The notes under the pieces were generated by a model that saw only the letters and a list, made by a program, of their open reading frames with translations, was not told the DNA's origin and searched no databases. From NCBI GenBank assembly GCA_013265495.1, contig MU061579.1, positions 2,415,319 through 2,479,318 of the forward strand: 64,000 nt of DNA, in the 5' to 3' direction. Shown here piece by piece: positions 49,165-63,419 of the stretch. Origin of the DNA: Vicugna vicugna. Lineage: Eukaryota. Within the stretch, counting starts at the first letter, position 1. Every line of letters starts with the position of its first letter. The translations under genes and the position numbers were made by a program.

Positions 49165-52100
49165 GCTGTAAAGAAACAACCACAAATTTCTTTTCACATA
49201 TGAGAAGGAGAATAAAGGGGCAAAAAAAAAAAAAAACTTACAAAGCAAAATCGTGTAATCACAACGAGGGGGCTACCAAAGAGAGAGCTTTGCCCGCCAC
49301 TTCTGCCTCCAGATCAGGCCGTTAGTGAGTGATACTGTGCAGCCTGATTGTAATGTACAATGTAGAAACCATCCTTGTTACTTGCATGTTTAACCCCCTC
49401 ACCGATTCCCGACACCCGATCTCTCTTCCCCGCCCCCCTCCAGAAAACAAAACAGCAGCAACAACTACAGAAAGACGGTTGCAAGGTTCATTCCTGGTAA
49501 CAAGCCTGATCAGCAGAACACAACGCACTCTCATTATCCCTAAGCTGAAGCATGATTTTAGTCACTTTGATTTAGTTCGAATGTCATCTGGTTGGTCAAA
49601 AAGAGCAGTTAAGGTAAAAAAAAAAAGTTTCAGACACGATCTGAATATGATTAATCACCATGGAAGGCAATCCCTCAAAAATGATAGAGTTACTTTAAAG
49701 GTACAGCCCTTAGGGAGGAGGACTCTATAAGAAGCCCTTGGGGGAAGATCTCAGCTTTAATATTCCAGCAAAGGCTGAGAACTAAACAACACCCAGTTGG
49801 AGATTGCAGTCCCAAATCAGCGTATGTCGTTTTTCTCAAGTCAGGAGCATCAACTTCAATCACATACATTTATTGAATATTCTTAGTACATGCACAATCT
49901 TGACTACATGTATCAATTACACTAGTCTTAACTTGTAAAAATTATATATATATATTTCAGAACAGCATCACTATTATCAACTAACTGGAACAATTGTGTC
50001 ATTAAAAGGCCAAAGATCATATGGCAGATCAGGGAAATCATGAAGTAAATTTGGTCTTGACATCGAAATCCATTAAGCAGCAAAAGCAACTGAACCCAGG
50101 CACCCACAGAAACCCTCATATGCTGGTTTATTTTACATAATCTCTATACCCAGAAAAACATGCATTCTCTTTTAAAATGGAGTTTTGAAAGTTCAGAAGA
50201 TGAAAAGTCAATGAGACATAGTTTTGGTATTACAATAGGCAATTAGTTGAGGTTAAAGTTTAGTTTCAAAAAATATTATCAGGAAAGATTCTACTTTTTC
50301 AAATCATATCTGTGGGTAGGTAGAGAAGGAAAGATGCACTGGCGAATAGTCTTTAAATCCACTATTATCATTTTAGAATCCAAGTTATGCTTGCTGGTCT
50401 TATTATCCACATTTCAAATTATCAAGTGCATTTTTACGTGTTCAGTGCACACTTCTATTTAACAAAAGTGCATTAATTTTGAATCCTGTGCAATTTGGCA
50501 CTATTTCAAGACTTACAACTTTGAAGCAAGATGACACCCTAATTGACTTGTCACTAATGTGGTTGGAAGGTTATTTAATATATCTCTTAAAACCAATCTA
50601 GACTGAACATGAAAGAAATGAGTTCTGGGCAGTGACATGTCTGGTGGTTTGCCCATCTCAAAGATGAGACATAGGCAGTTTTTTCAGTGTAATATAAAAA
50701 ATAAAAAAGAATATGCAGATTTTGAGTCACTGGCTCTATGGAGGATGATCTAATACAGTTGGAAATTGAGCTGGGACATTCAGACAAAAGTGACAATCCA
50801 GGGACAAACTAGGGGATAACATGTAAAGAGAGTAAACGTTCCAGTCACTGAATGTTTGGAATAAGACATAGCCTTGACGGCTCTCTAGCGAACTGTAGGA
50901 ATAATGTAGCTTTGGGTAGTTTCATGCTTTGCAGTATTTCTTAGTCAACAAGGTGAAGCAGCCTGGAATGAAGGTTGTCAATTCACTCTAGGTCATCAAT
51001 GCTTATCTTTGAAAACCACTTCTCTGTTTGGTGGGGTGTTCTTCCGGGGTCATTTCCTTATGCTCTCTCTTAAACGGAGTTTTCATTTTGATGTTAGTTT
51101 ATGTATAATAGTTAGGATGAAAGAAGATATGTAATTGAAGAAACAAAAACATTGGACTAAAATACCAATAATTGAACATGTTTATGTTTGATTATTATTT
51201 ACATTATGGAAAGATGCAATTGTAGTACTTTGTTAGGAAACTGCATTAAAGCAGTTCTGCCTTGTATAATCTGTAAGTACCTATTAAGACAAAATACTTC
51301 TAAAGATACTTATGAAATGTATACATATTTTTCTTGCACGTTACAAAAGAAATATTCAATTGCTTAACACAGGTGTTCAACAGATTATTTTAATGCATCT
51401 TTTTTTCTTTGTTTCATGAGACACTTGAAGCATTTAGATAGCTCACTTCATTCTATCTTAAAACCCTTCTGTTGTCTATGAAGCTAATACGGGTCATACG
51501 GGACCTTTGGATTAATTGGATCCACATTCCCCAATGACGTTTGCACCACATTCAAGACAGCCATGTTATTGTCATTTAACTCGTGAGCCTCTTTAGAACT
51601 AAAATGGGTGTGAAAGAATAAAATTCAGTGTACTGTAAGTATTCGCAGTAATTCTAGTAGAATTAGCTATCATAACATGTTTATTATTATAATGAGCTGG
51701 CATGACACAGAAATATATTTTGTGTTTGTATGACTTTTATTTTGAGTAGGTTAAATCTGGTGCCACTCCATATATAGAGTGCTTTTGAAAAAAAATCAAT
51801 AAAAAAGAAACAAAAAAAATAAATGAGTGAATGCAAAATAAGCAACTGTGCCTTTTATACCTGTTGTTATGGTAAAAAAACGGTTGTTGGGTTTGGACAA
51901 TGAGGGGAAATGGGCTATTCCCAACTTTTTTGATCCTGTATATTTATCCATGTTTATTTTCTGAAAATAGTAAATAATATATTAAAAATTTGCCTTCTGA
52001 CAGACAAACTCAGATAGTGGACCAGTCTTAAATATCATTCATTCATAAAACAAAATCAAGGCATTAATATGGGCTGCTTAATTCCAGCTAGAAGGCTAAA

Positions 52101-53115
52101 GCATTTATTGTAATAGTAACACAGAGAGAATCAGGGGTGAAGTCAGTCCATTTTGCAAGGTAAAATACTGATTTATCATTTCTATTCTTTCTTCTTTTTG
52201 TTATTTTTCTTTTAGCTGCTGTCTCATTTTGATTGTACAGTATATAAACCATAATTGTTTCCTGTGCACAAGAAGCTCAGTGAACTTTGCATGCATTATA
52301 CATTAGGACACACTTATAAATTGAGTAACTATATACATTTCAGCATATTAAAACGTCTGTAGCTTCAGTGTAAAACCTAAGGTTCATTCTGAACCTCCAG
52401 ATACCATTTCTGTACGGTTTCTGACTGGCCTGCTGCCTGAGTTTCAGAAAACAAGGGAGGCATTATTTTTATGGGAAGAAAAATTAAGATGGTACTGAAG
52501 ATGTCTGGCTGAAAGGCTACCCTAGGAAGCAGTCCTATAGGAAAATAAAAGACAAAGAGCAGAAGAAACTGCCGAGAATCAAGCAGCTGTCCTAAAACAG
52601 GCACGAGAAATCTGAAGACCTCAGTAGTTTTAGGTATATTGTATCAGTGATAAATATGCAATGTGTTCTTAAGGGGAAAAAAAAAAAGGAAAAGAAAAGA
52701 AAAGAGTGAAGATGATCATGAGTAAAGTAAAGATCAGTTTTGACCTGGGCGGAGGTATATATAACATCCGGAGGAAGGCATCATTTTTTCAGCTACCTAG
52801 GGTTTACTTTCAGATGACTTTTCCTATGTTTTAAAGCACTTGCATTCAGTGTGGTACGATCCGTTTGTAATGTTAATCATTGACTATTGTTCTGCTACTT
52901 GGATGTTGATAGTGAAGCAGAGAACAATTTATCATCGTTTATTACGAGTCACTATGCACGTAACTATGCTAAACATGGCGAAATGTATTAAACACTCGTC
53001 CAACTATTTATGAAATACTTTACATAATTTAATTTGCTTTTGTACAGTTTTATGTAAATAAATTGCTTGTCATTTTTGTCTCTGCAAATTAAAATATAAC
53101 ATGGTCAAATGGTTT
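49165..53115 (+). other. PCDH7: Long 3' UTR of PCDH7 (3' end approximate)
   Basis: Follows the stop codon and is essentially free of clear transposons for ~4 kb. AU-rich with many miRNA seed matches. Ends at an AATAAA/ATTAAA pair with upstream TGTA elements and downstream T/GT-rich sequence. Confidence 0.75.
51617..51823 (+). terminator. Candidate internal (alternative) poly(A) signals in the 3' UTR
   Basis: AATAAA at 51617-51622, 51798-51803 and 51818-51823. The last two sit in an A-rich tract. Confidence 0.4.
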
Positions 53116-53145
53116 CACACTTGTAAGTGTACTTCTCTGTTGACA
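53041..53145 (+). terminator. Distal polyadenylation signal cluster
   Basis: TGTA at 53041 and 53053, AATAAA 53057-53062, ATTAAA 53088-53093, and T/GT-rich tracts after each hexamer. Confidence 0.7.
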
Positions 53146-56100
53146 GGTAATTCCGTTTTGATCAGACGAGAAATGAATGGATGCATGGACCAGTTTGATT
53201 TAGAATGGCTTGATTTCTGCTAAATTAAGATGGAGTAAGGAAGATGATGCTGCAGTAATTGTTGATTCTGAGGGCACTGGGCATAACTGTTATATTACTT
53301 TGCCTTATAATGGAGGAGAACTTAGATTCTTCAGTTTCACCAAAATAATTCCTGGGATAGTTACCTAGATGGCTTTGAAATCTTAAGTGTACAGTAAAAG
53401 AACTTCTCATCAGTAATGAAAAGATTGATTTTTTTTTTTTTAGGTGTCATCTTGAGAAATTTCACATTTCAGATAAAATTAATTCTGAGTCAAAATTATC
53501 TTTTTAAAGGAAATGTTTGTTTTTAATATAAAATAATGATGAGTACAAAAAAGTTAGACACTAAAAAAATGACCTTATCTCATGTGAGAGATAGAGAAAA
53601 AAACTTGAAACAAAAACTAGAATTTTTACCTGACTCATTTTTGTTCTTTAGCTGGACTTTCTCTACTGTTTATATTTTTTTCAATCATTTACTATCTTTC
53701 TCTCTCTCTTTTTTAAGTAATTGTGTTTACTCTTTATTGTCAGATTATAACCCTAACCATAGCAGTTATCTTCTTTGTTTATTAAATTGTTATCTATTCA
53801 AACAGCAACTTCTCCAACCCAACTCAGAGATTTAAAAAGAGAAAGGAAATACTTTCTATAGAAACTAACTGACTGCAAGGAAGTTTTGCCCTATCTCACA
53901 ACAGTATTTCTAGAACTTACCAATGTGAAAAAAAATAGGAATTCTAAAGATGCTTGCCTTGAAGTGTCTCTACCATTTTTCCTTCTCTTGATTGAAAATT
54001 CAAGATATTTTATCTAGAATGACACATTCTTTCTTAACTCAAAGATATCTTTGTGAATTGATTTTGGCTGGAAGTCTTCCTTGTCTCAAGAAGGAATTAA
54101 GGGTGAGGTATGATGAGAAAGTCTGCCTCAAGTTGTAATGAGGTGAACAAATGACAAATGACACGTGCATTCATTTGGCTTTGCACTCATCTAATGATGG
54201 GAACCAAACACCAGTACATAAATCATTAGAAGAGAACATAAAACAAAATCACTATGTATTTTTCTTCTAAATTCTCTATTTAGATTTGATGAATATACAT
54301 TACTCTTTAGCCTGAGATTAGATTCTTTGGTTAAAATATCTTTTAAGCTCTCAAACATGTACACATACAGCAATCCATTTTAGAAATAAGATATACATAA
54401 AGAAGGTCAACAAAAATTGTGTATATTGCTTCCAGGACTTAGGTCTGATTATCTCTCCTCCTCTGATTCGTTGAAGAGTTCCATCTAGTTCCTTAGAAGC
54501 TTGACTTAGCACAAGTACATATGTAGCACCCATTATGGTTACAAGTGTTTTTATGACTGACTGCAAAATTCCCATAATATCTGTGATATAAGCTGAAGAA
54601 TCTATTAGAAGAGCCATGTATGAGGGATATAACTTTCATTATATTTTTCTTCGATTGAAATCAAATTGAACACAAAGTTCTGCTACTATTAGCATTTTCT
54701 CTCTACTAGCTTAGGTACCAATGAAATCATTTTGCATGATTTAGCAGAATGACGAGGAAGAGGAACGCTCCCCCACTCACCTGAATAAAATAGGCATTTG
54801 GTAAAGTGGGAATGAGGGTCACTAATTATTCAGATTGGTAGGTAATTATCTTCACTTAACATTGCACGACATATCCTAGCAGTAACTGTAACTTGTTTTG
54901 GGTTTCTGGCAGGACATTGTAGACCTTGAAAACTTCATAGCCTGATTTTCCTGCTGAAACCCTTGGCCTGATCCACCAGGCAATGAGGTCTCTTTGCCTT
55001 TGGCTGGATGAATAGTCAGTTAAGTTTCAGGGACTATTGAATGATCACAACCAACAGTCAGCTCTATCAAATTTGACAAGATAATTGTAGAATCCCCAAA
55101 CTTACTTTGGCTTCAATGGGCTGATTTCACAAAGAAATCTGTTTATTGAGTTTTCGTCATACTTTTTCTGTCTTACGTTTAACCTTTTGGTGTCCTCATC
55201 TCAAGGTCCATTGCCATACTCTGAGAAGTTTATTTGCTCCGTGTTTTCCCTTCCAGGAGCAAACCTAGTATCCCAGGAGATGGCAGGGATGTTAGGTAGC
55301 TAAGCGAGAACTAGAGGATTTGCAACCCAATCAGCTTTATTTTAATGGAAATTTACAATATCACTACTTGAGTTCTTAGGAGGCAGAGTGAATGGGGACT
55401 GAACTTTTGTTTATTTTCTCTTATCTTTATCCCGACTCTAATACTTGTTTATAAAACTGCATGGAGGAAGGTGATTAACCAAGATAATACAAATGTTCTA
55501 AGCTGCAGGGAGTGAGGAGAGGATATGAATGTAAAATGTGAAAAGCTAAAAATGTATGTTCTTCTTTAGCCTTAACTTTATTATTATTTTTCCTGTCACA
55601 CTGCTCTTAAATGTAAATTTTATTCATTGGTTGAATTTAATATGTGTGACCCACAAAGAAGTAATTTTGTCTGTTTACTGAACCTCCTGGGGGAAGACGT
55701 AGAAGATGCTCAATTGTTCATAAAAGTAAAATTTGCCCCCTACACTCTCAGATGATGCTAGGCCAAAATTAGAGTTTACTTGTGATATTCCGTTTTATTC
55801 TTTTCTACTAAAAGTTATGACTCAAATGATTAACACCAAAAAGGTCATAAGAAAGATGAATGAGGTCAACAGAGAAATGCAGATACAATCTTAGAGATTA
55901 GAATAGGCTTGAAAAATAAAAATGTTATTCAAGGTGCCTAACATTTAAAAAAAAATCATCCATTAAAATAAACACCTGGATGAACAATCCAAAGAAGGAG
56001 ATAAAAACAAGATGTTTTATTTTGGTAATTTAATTGAAAGTACATTACAGCATCTCAGACTTAGTAAAATTCATAGTAACTTGATAGGATAATGTCAGTT

Positions 56101-56736
56101 TTTTTCTAAGTGTGTTTTATGCAATAGTACACGGAATATTTTTATTACAGTTTTATGGATTGTTGTAAAAGTTTGACCATGTATTTAGACCATTTTATAA
56201 TACATTTATGAAAAGTAAGTCAGAGCAAAAAATACTAGGAAAAAGTAAAGAAATAAAGTAAGTAGATGGCTAGGTCATTTACTTATAGTTTTAACAACGT
56301 CCTTTAAGAGAGAAACAATTATTTGAGTATTTTTCCAGACCCTATGGTGAAGGTGGATTATATTAGAATGATGTTTCTTCAGCTGAAATTTGTGGTCCAG
56401 TAAGAGATCACAGAGCTTTAGAATTCCACGTATTCTACACTAATTTTTAAAGTTTTGAGTTTTATTAACACGGTGATCAAAGTAGTACTTTAGCATAAAT
56501 AGTTTTCAGTAATAATTCTCAGTTGAAGCTGAATTTAATAGAATAAAATGTTCATTTGTAAGTCAGTATTTATCCATCAATTGTGTGAACGATTATATTC
56601 TCTGGAGTCCAAAGGGAATTTTTGGTTTTCTTTACAGAGGTTCGTATTTTACTCAGTTGTGAGAAAAATCAAATCAGAGATTTGGATAAGAAGCAAAGCC
56701 CCTTAAACAACGTGAATGATTGAACTAGAAGACACC

Positions 56737-56968
56737 AGCACAACGCAGACTTTCTAGAAAGGGCTAGATAGCAAACATTTTAGGCTTTGCAATTCAAGAA
56801 GAAAAATCAAGGATACTGTGCAGGTATTTATATAAGAAGAGAGAAAACAAATGCCTAGTTTTTTTTTTCCAATCATTTAAATACATAAATACCATTCTTA
56901 GCCGAGGAGACATATAAAAGCTGACAGTGGGCTGGATTTGATCAAGGTATTACAGTTTGTTCAAACTG
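56737..56968. mobile_element. hAT-Charlie element, MER58-like
   Basis: aaagggctagatagcaaacattttaggctttgc...accattcttagc...cagtgggctggatttga...cagtttg. Confidence 0.75.
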
Positions 56969-58242
56969 TATATACATCAATACATCAGCACACCGTGGTA
57001 CATCAGTACATCCTGGTATATACCCAAAACTGCTTCAACTGAGACTAATTTTTAGAATTCATCACTGAAATTCTTTTCTTACTCCTTAAGTGCGTTGCTG
57101 TCTGATCTGGACGATGCTGGTTTATGGCTTTGTCCAGGGAAGTCATTAATAATAACCCTCAAATGTTAGGCTACGTGATCACTTTGGTATCAGGCTCATT
57201 CCTTCCCATTGACCAGCCATGTAACAATCTCATTTCTAGATCGCAAAAGGCAGACACCGTAAGAGATGCAGGTCTATGGGCATGAAATCCACAGCAGGAA
57301 AAGAGCTCATAATCTCAATGCAGGAGTCATCACTGTCCACTTCATAAGAAAATGAAAAGAGTGTCTTATTCTGAAAATTCCCAGTTTGGTTTAGAGGTGG
57401 GAGGTTTGCTTGTATCTATTGGCTCAAAAGCTTTAAATATACTTCCATTTAAATGCAATGGATAAGGTCTGATTCTTTTATGTATGTATTTTGTTTACAC
57501 TAAGTAACAAATAGTAAGAAGTTTTATATTTAGAGCATGATATACATAAAATAAAAATAAGAAATACTGTGATGAATTTAATGACATTCTCGGAATGAGG
57601 TGATTTTTTTTTAGTTCTTTTTTATGTTTTCCAAATTGTACACATGTATATGTTTTACATTAACAATATCAAAAATTGAACATTTTGAAGTATCCTAAAA
57701 TTGTGTGCAGTTGAGTGAATAACTTAAGAATAATAAGAGAAACATTTTAATTTTAAAACATTGAACACTTTTCATCTGATAATTACTCCCAAAGGAAATT
57801 GTACTTTAAGAAAAAAGCTTCGATTATAAACTTTTTGTAACATTTGACATTAGCTATTTTCCATTCCAGCAAAGTAAATATGTTATGCTAAGTAATTTCA
57901 GAGACTGCTGTTACCAAACTAGCACAAAGGAAATAATTTTTATACAAAGCCTTAATATGAAGACTGCTAAGCCTGTAAATTAAACATGAAGTTTATATTT
58001 TGAGGAAAGTAACATATAACAAAGCAAGAAAAAAAAATCAACCACTACAATGAACCTATTGCCTAAGGTTTGATCAACACAGAAAATACAGATGAGAGCT
58101 TCAGTTTATCAATCATATTATTTCAATATACATTTTCTAATATGACTGTCTCTGAACCTTCAATCTGGGAATTATTGTAGATGATGACTGGGTAGTAGTC
58201 AGGGCTATTTGATTTTTGTTAAATCTTCAGAAATGAAGCTTT

Positions 58243-58292
58243 TGAAAAATAGCTATGCTAAATATAGCTCTACTAAAAATAGCTACTATAAA
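58243..58292. promoter_or_regulatory. 15-bp-period tandem repeat carrying MEF2 consensus sites
   Basis: CTAAATATAG 58258-58267 and CTAAAAATAG 58273-58282 match YTA(W)4TAR. TGAAAAATAG 58243-58252 has one mismatch. Confidence 0.4.
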
Positions 58293-59702
58293 AATCTATG
58301 CCTCCTCCAGAAACAATCAACGTTGTCACGGACTAAAGTAATCTGGGAGCATAATTGAAGAAAGGAAAAGATAAATTTTCAATCCTAATGAAGGATACTG
58401 TCAGTCCCTGGATGGCTTAAGGAATAAAAAGGGCAAATGAGAATGCGACCATATTGGAAAATTTGTTTCAAGGCTATAGATGTTATCGGCAAAGAGAGGG
58501 TGAACAGAACGAGCAATATGGCCCTAATTCAAAGAAACATCCTTCAGTGAACCGTCTTTTTTGTAAAATTCGAGCTATGCTTCTGCTATGTCAATTACTA
58601 GGAAGCATAGTGAGATATTTAATATATTGCTTGTTGACTTCCTTTCTTAAATTGCCTGGAATACTCCAGGCTCATTTTTTTTATTAGATGAAAACAAATA
58701 GTTTAACAGGTGATTTGATTTTTCTCTCTGCTTAGGATTTATATGAGTTTCACAGCCAGCATTTTGTTATCCTCAGGTCTAAAGGCTCTAAGTCATCAGA
58801 GAAACACTCCCACTTGACTGTAAATGTAAGTCAGACGATTATAATGACAGTGTCACAGGTGGAAAAATAATCTTCACTCTGTTGTAATCAGACCCAACAC
58901 TGACAAAGAATCGTGCATCACTTTGGTGTTTCAATGGAGGTGAAGGCATCAATTTATACTTTAACTCTTCAAGAAGGGCTGGAAGATATGTAAACAGAAG
59001 GATATACTCAGGTTTGATTTCAACCTGAATTACAAATATAAAAAGATTATTCAGGATAGTGGATTGGAACCAAATTGCCAGACATGAATTTGGAAATGGC
59101 ATTTGCACTGCTTGTTTCATCAGACTTACAAAGGAAAAAATCCTTGATGTCTGCACTTCCTGCTCCCCCATAGCCATGGCAAAGAATTCCCAGAGGTGTC
59201 AGTCTTTCCACACAGGCTTAAAATAACCAGCACAGAGGAATCAGGCGGAACGGGTTTGTCTCACTCACATTATGGTTAATTTCCGTCTAGGAATATCTAG
59301 GTGTTCCTCCTGGTTCTAAACAGGGGCTTTATTTGCAATTTGATTCAACTGTAGCCAATAGGTAAGCCTTGGTTATAGCCGTGTGAGGTCCAGCATAATT
59401 TCTAGGCTGTGATTCAAATGAGAAAGTCTGTATTTCAGTGACATCTTCTCAAAGACGTGATGCTGCTTCTCAGTCTTCACCAATTGCGCAGAGAAACGAC
59501 CTTCTGGAAAAGCTGTCTATTAAAACGGTCATTGTCATTCTGGTTTGGAAAGGTGTTTCTCTTCACTTTCAGATCCATAAGGATAGTTTAGGTCAGAATA
59601 AAATTTTGAAAAATGTATCCTATCCTGGCAGAAAAAAGCATTCATGTATCTTTTCCCCCTGAAATGTTTTATATTGTGCATTCTCTCCAGAAAATCTGGA
59701 TG

Positions 59703-59900
59703 TAATTTATTTACTTAACAAAAATATATGAGGTCTATCAAACACAGTGATGGATATTTGGGATTCAATGAGCAAAATAGGGATGGTCACTTCTCTTAGA
59801 GAGCTATAAAATTGATGGAGTTAGCCAGAGGTAGACAACACTGAAACCGGTAAGAACTTGATGTGGGCAATGATGAGAAAATAAAAGTTGTTTAGTATAA
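59703..59900 (-). mobile_element. L2 LINE 3' fragment
   Basis: atttatttacttaacaaaaatatatgagg...tgggattcaatgagcaaaataggg. Confidence 0.5.
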
Positions 59901-60520
59901 CTTGTGAAGCATCTACCTTAGACTTTTGCAGTAAGAATAGGCACCCAGATGTACCCAAGATCAGGAATGAGGATGGATAGATGGGAGTGAGGAAGGAAGT
60001 GGTTTTTATCAGGAAAAAAAAAATAAAAACTGTTTATAAAGGACAGGGTCTGAGAGAGCATGAAATTTGAAGAACTGAAAGAAATTCAGGATGGGGAAAT
60101 GATAGAGGAGGAAGGGGATGTGGGTGTTTGGGGGCGGAGAGGGAGAGGATAGGGAGTTGGTGCGATGGAGATGGTAACAAAGGGAGGAACCAACCAAAGG
60201 TTGCTCTCTGTCTTCCTTCTTGAAAAAAAAAATCTGAACATTTTGATTGAACAACTGAATGATTTAGTGTCCTGTTTCAAAGAACTGAGACATTCTCAGG
60301 TTGTCTTACTAGTGAGAGGTGAGAAAGCTCAGGGTCCATCTTAGCAGCTGACGCCCTATCCCTCAGGGCACTGAATAGTCATGATACCATCCAGTTTCAA
60401 CACTTCTGCTCATCTCCTGACTGCTGTGGGTCCCCTAATCTGTTCTTAACCACAGCTGTGACTTGGTTCATCTCTGCCTCTGCTGCCATTCTTGCTGTTG
60501 TGGCCAGTAATTGTACTTTT

Positions 60521-60595
60521 CAGACATGCTCTGTCCAATATGATAGCCACTAGTCACATGGGGCTATTTCAATACGGATTTAATTCAATTAATAG
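60521..60595. mobile_element. MER3/MER33-like hAT-Charlie fragment
   Basis: ctgtccaatatgatagccactagtcacatggggctattt. Confidence 0.65.
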
Positions 60596-60809
60596 TCTTC
60601 AGGCTCAGTTCTGTAGACAGTCTGACTGAGTTAGGGAGAATGATTGAGCTCAAAGGTTGATGGTCATCCTGCTGGCTGCTTTCAGGTCATTCTGCTAGAA
60701 TCACTTGAGTGTATGGAGAGATGAAGGCAAATATAATAATAACCAAACCAGAAGGAAATCCTTGCAACTGCAGTATTTAGTGGTGGAAGGATGCTACAGG
60801 CATCTTATC

Positions 60810-61130
60810 ATATATATTTCCACAACTATTTGCAATTATGCTTAATGCTGAAGATACAAAATTGAATAAGACATGCTCCATGAATTTAAAGGATGTGTTA
60901 GTCGGAACATAGGTAATACTAAAGGCAGATATAAGTACCACAGTAGAGAAATACATATATATGGTATAAAAAGACTAATCTGACTGAAGCAACTGGGGAG
61001 GCTGATAAAATAAGTTTCATTAAAGGCTAACCTGGAAAGATTAAGAGTAGTTATACAGTTAGAGGAAAATAAATATTCCAAGCGAAGTGAACAGTGATGC
61101 TAAAGGTTAAAGGTAAGAGAATCAAAGAAG
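60810..61130 (-). mobile_element. L2 LINE fragment
   Basis: atgctgaagatacaaaattgaataagacatgctcc...gactaatctgactg...attccaagcgaagtgaacagtgatgctaaagg. Confidence 0.6.
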
Positions 61131-63419
61131 TCAGAGCTTGTACCCTGGATGTTCAGTCTTCCTGGAACACAAGGAGGAGGAAGGGCAGATGTCCTTCAAT
61201 CCCATCACCCAGCTCTACTTTTTAGTGCCATTTTTCACACCCACATTGTATATTATTTAATCTTTCTTCCACACTATTTGATACATCACTGGTGGTGAAC
61301 ATCTGCTCTTTTTATCAACCAAGCACTCCTCCTACCTTCCTTTGGTACGATCACCTCAGTTTTCCTTTGCAGTTGTCTGCAGTTAAGGGTCTCCATTTCC
61401 CCCTGGCCATGAGCTGGGTAGGTGAATCATGTTGGGCCAACTTAACTCTTTCTCCAATTCAGAGGATGACCCAAAGGCGGAAAACAATTTAGCTTATTGA
61501 TTCTGATTGTGGCACCCTGAGGATTATTCTACAGTGTCTGTGGTCTACAGCCCCAGGGCTGTTTCTAAAGAGCCAAGTAAGAGCTTACCTATCACCTCCC
61601 TTTTATTGAATGTTTTCATCTTAATACCTGTAATATGTGCTTAATAATATTGACTGAAGAAAAAAAGTCAAGTGCCAGAAAATAGATGCATATTCTCTGT
61701 GCTCTATTCATACAGTTTTATCTTCCTACCTTTCCAGTTGAATCTTCCTTAATCTCTTCATGTCTACCCTATGTCCTACTTAGGCATTTTCACTGTTTCT
61801 GAACTTGCCTGGTAGATTTCAGTTGCTAGGTCATCTCTCCTCATTCCCCAAATGTGTGCTTCCTCAAACTCAGTACGTACTCTGTCCGAGTCCTGCCCAT
61901 GGTACAACGCCTGGATCAGCCTCAGGTTCCCTGTCACTTTCTCTGATTTTTCCTGCTCAGAATCATCTCTCTATTCCCTGAACTCTGATTTGGGAGGTAA
62001 ATATCATTTATTTATTTCTCATTTTCTATAGAAGAGAGTTTCACAAAATCATCCTGGATGCTTGCCTCACATCTCACTCTTCCTCACAACAGAAGAATGA
62101 ATTAATTTAAGGATGAAAAATAGACATTTGCTCATTTTCTTTCTTGAATCCACAAGAGTTTGCTTTTTTTTTTTAAATAAAAAAAATAAAACCCACAGAG
62201 GTTATTTGACCACAGAGGATTATTTTTTTCTTTTACTTCTTTGCTTCTTGTATTTATTTACATCCCCATCCTATTGGTCTTGTTATAAAGATACAGATAG
62301 AGATAAAAATAGAGATGGAATTGGAGATAGAGATAAAGAATCTGCAGTTTCTTCAGCACCTTTCCCAGATTGCTTGTTACAGGAATGCTAGGGAGAGAAC
62401 AGTGCCTCCCAAGACTCCCAAGATTGATAAAAATCTCAAGACTCCTAAGATAAGTATAACACTTACCATGATATCTTAGTTTTGCTATTGAGATCTCTGT
62501 TTAATAAGGAAAGTTATGTCTTGATACTGAAGGATTTCAAGAGTGACATTACATGTAGTTATGGAACAATATTCTTGAAAGTAATTGAGCACATTTTCTG
62601 CTAAATCATTCAGCATGTTTCAGCAGACTCAACATTCACTAATGCACTAATTCTGAGTGGCAGATTGCTGATTAATAGGCATCTTTATTTATTGTTCATG
62701 AAAAGGTACTATGATTTATAATAAAGCCAAGAGCCAAAAAAGTGGGTCATATCCCCTTCTTTGAAGATTAGCGTCACTATTTATGACACATTTTGGCATA
62801 ACTTTGAGTATGTGTTTTGAAATCTGTAATATACAAGAAACAATACTCACCCCCCTACTGCTGCTTTGAGAATAATGTACATTAATATACACCAAAATGT
62901 TCTTTGCTTTAAACTTCCTTAGACCCATTACTGATTACTATGTTCTGAGTTTTATATGTAATGATCAATTAATACAAAACAAACACACACGTACATCCTC
63001 TGCCTGCCCTTTTTACTGTTTTTATGCAGCATCTCAATTTCTACATATGTAAGGTGACATTAATATTGTTAACTTTTCAGCTGAAAACAAATAGCCCCCT
63101 GCATACTTAGCTGTAGTATACATTTTAAAACCTAGGCAATTACTAAGAAGTTTCAAAGAAAGAGCATGTCTTGGTGAAATAGAATAAAAGTCTATAGATA
63201 TGTAAAGAATTAGAAAGGAGTGAGATGATGGCAGATCCTGTGCTTATGATGAAAAATCAATTTACTTCGATTTCCTTTTCATTGGCTGTAATGTAAGTGA
63301 TGTTAATTCTAGTTAACTTGTGAGTTTAGGAGGAAACTGGTAGAAAGCCTAGAAATGTCTTAATATTAGTTTCAATTGATGCTTTCAGAATGATAACAAT
63401 AAAAATAATAATAACAAAA

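Noticed and set aside
49211..49236. AATAAA shortly after the stop codon as the main poly(A) site
   Set aside because: Followed by a genomic A-run (internal priming risk) and lacks a T/GT-rich downstream element.
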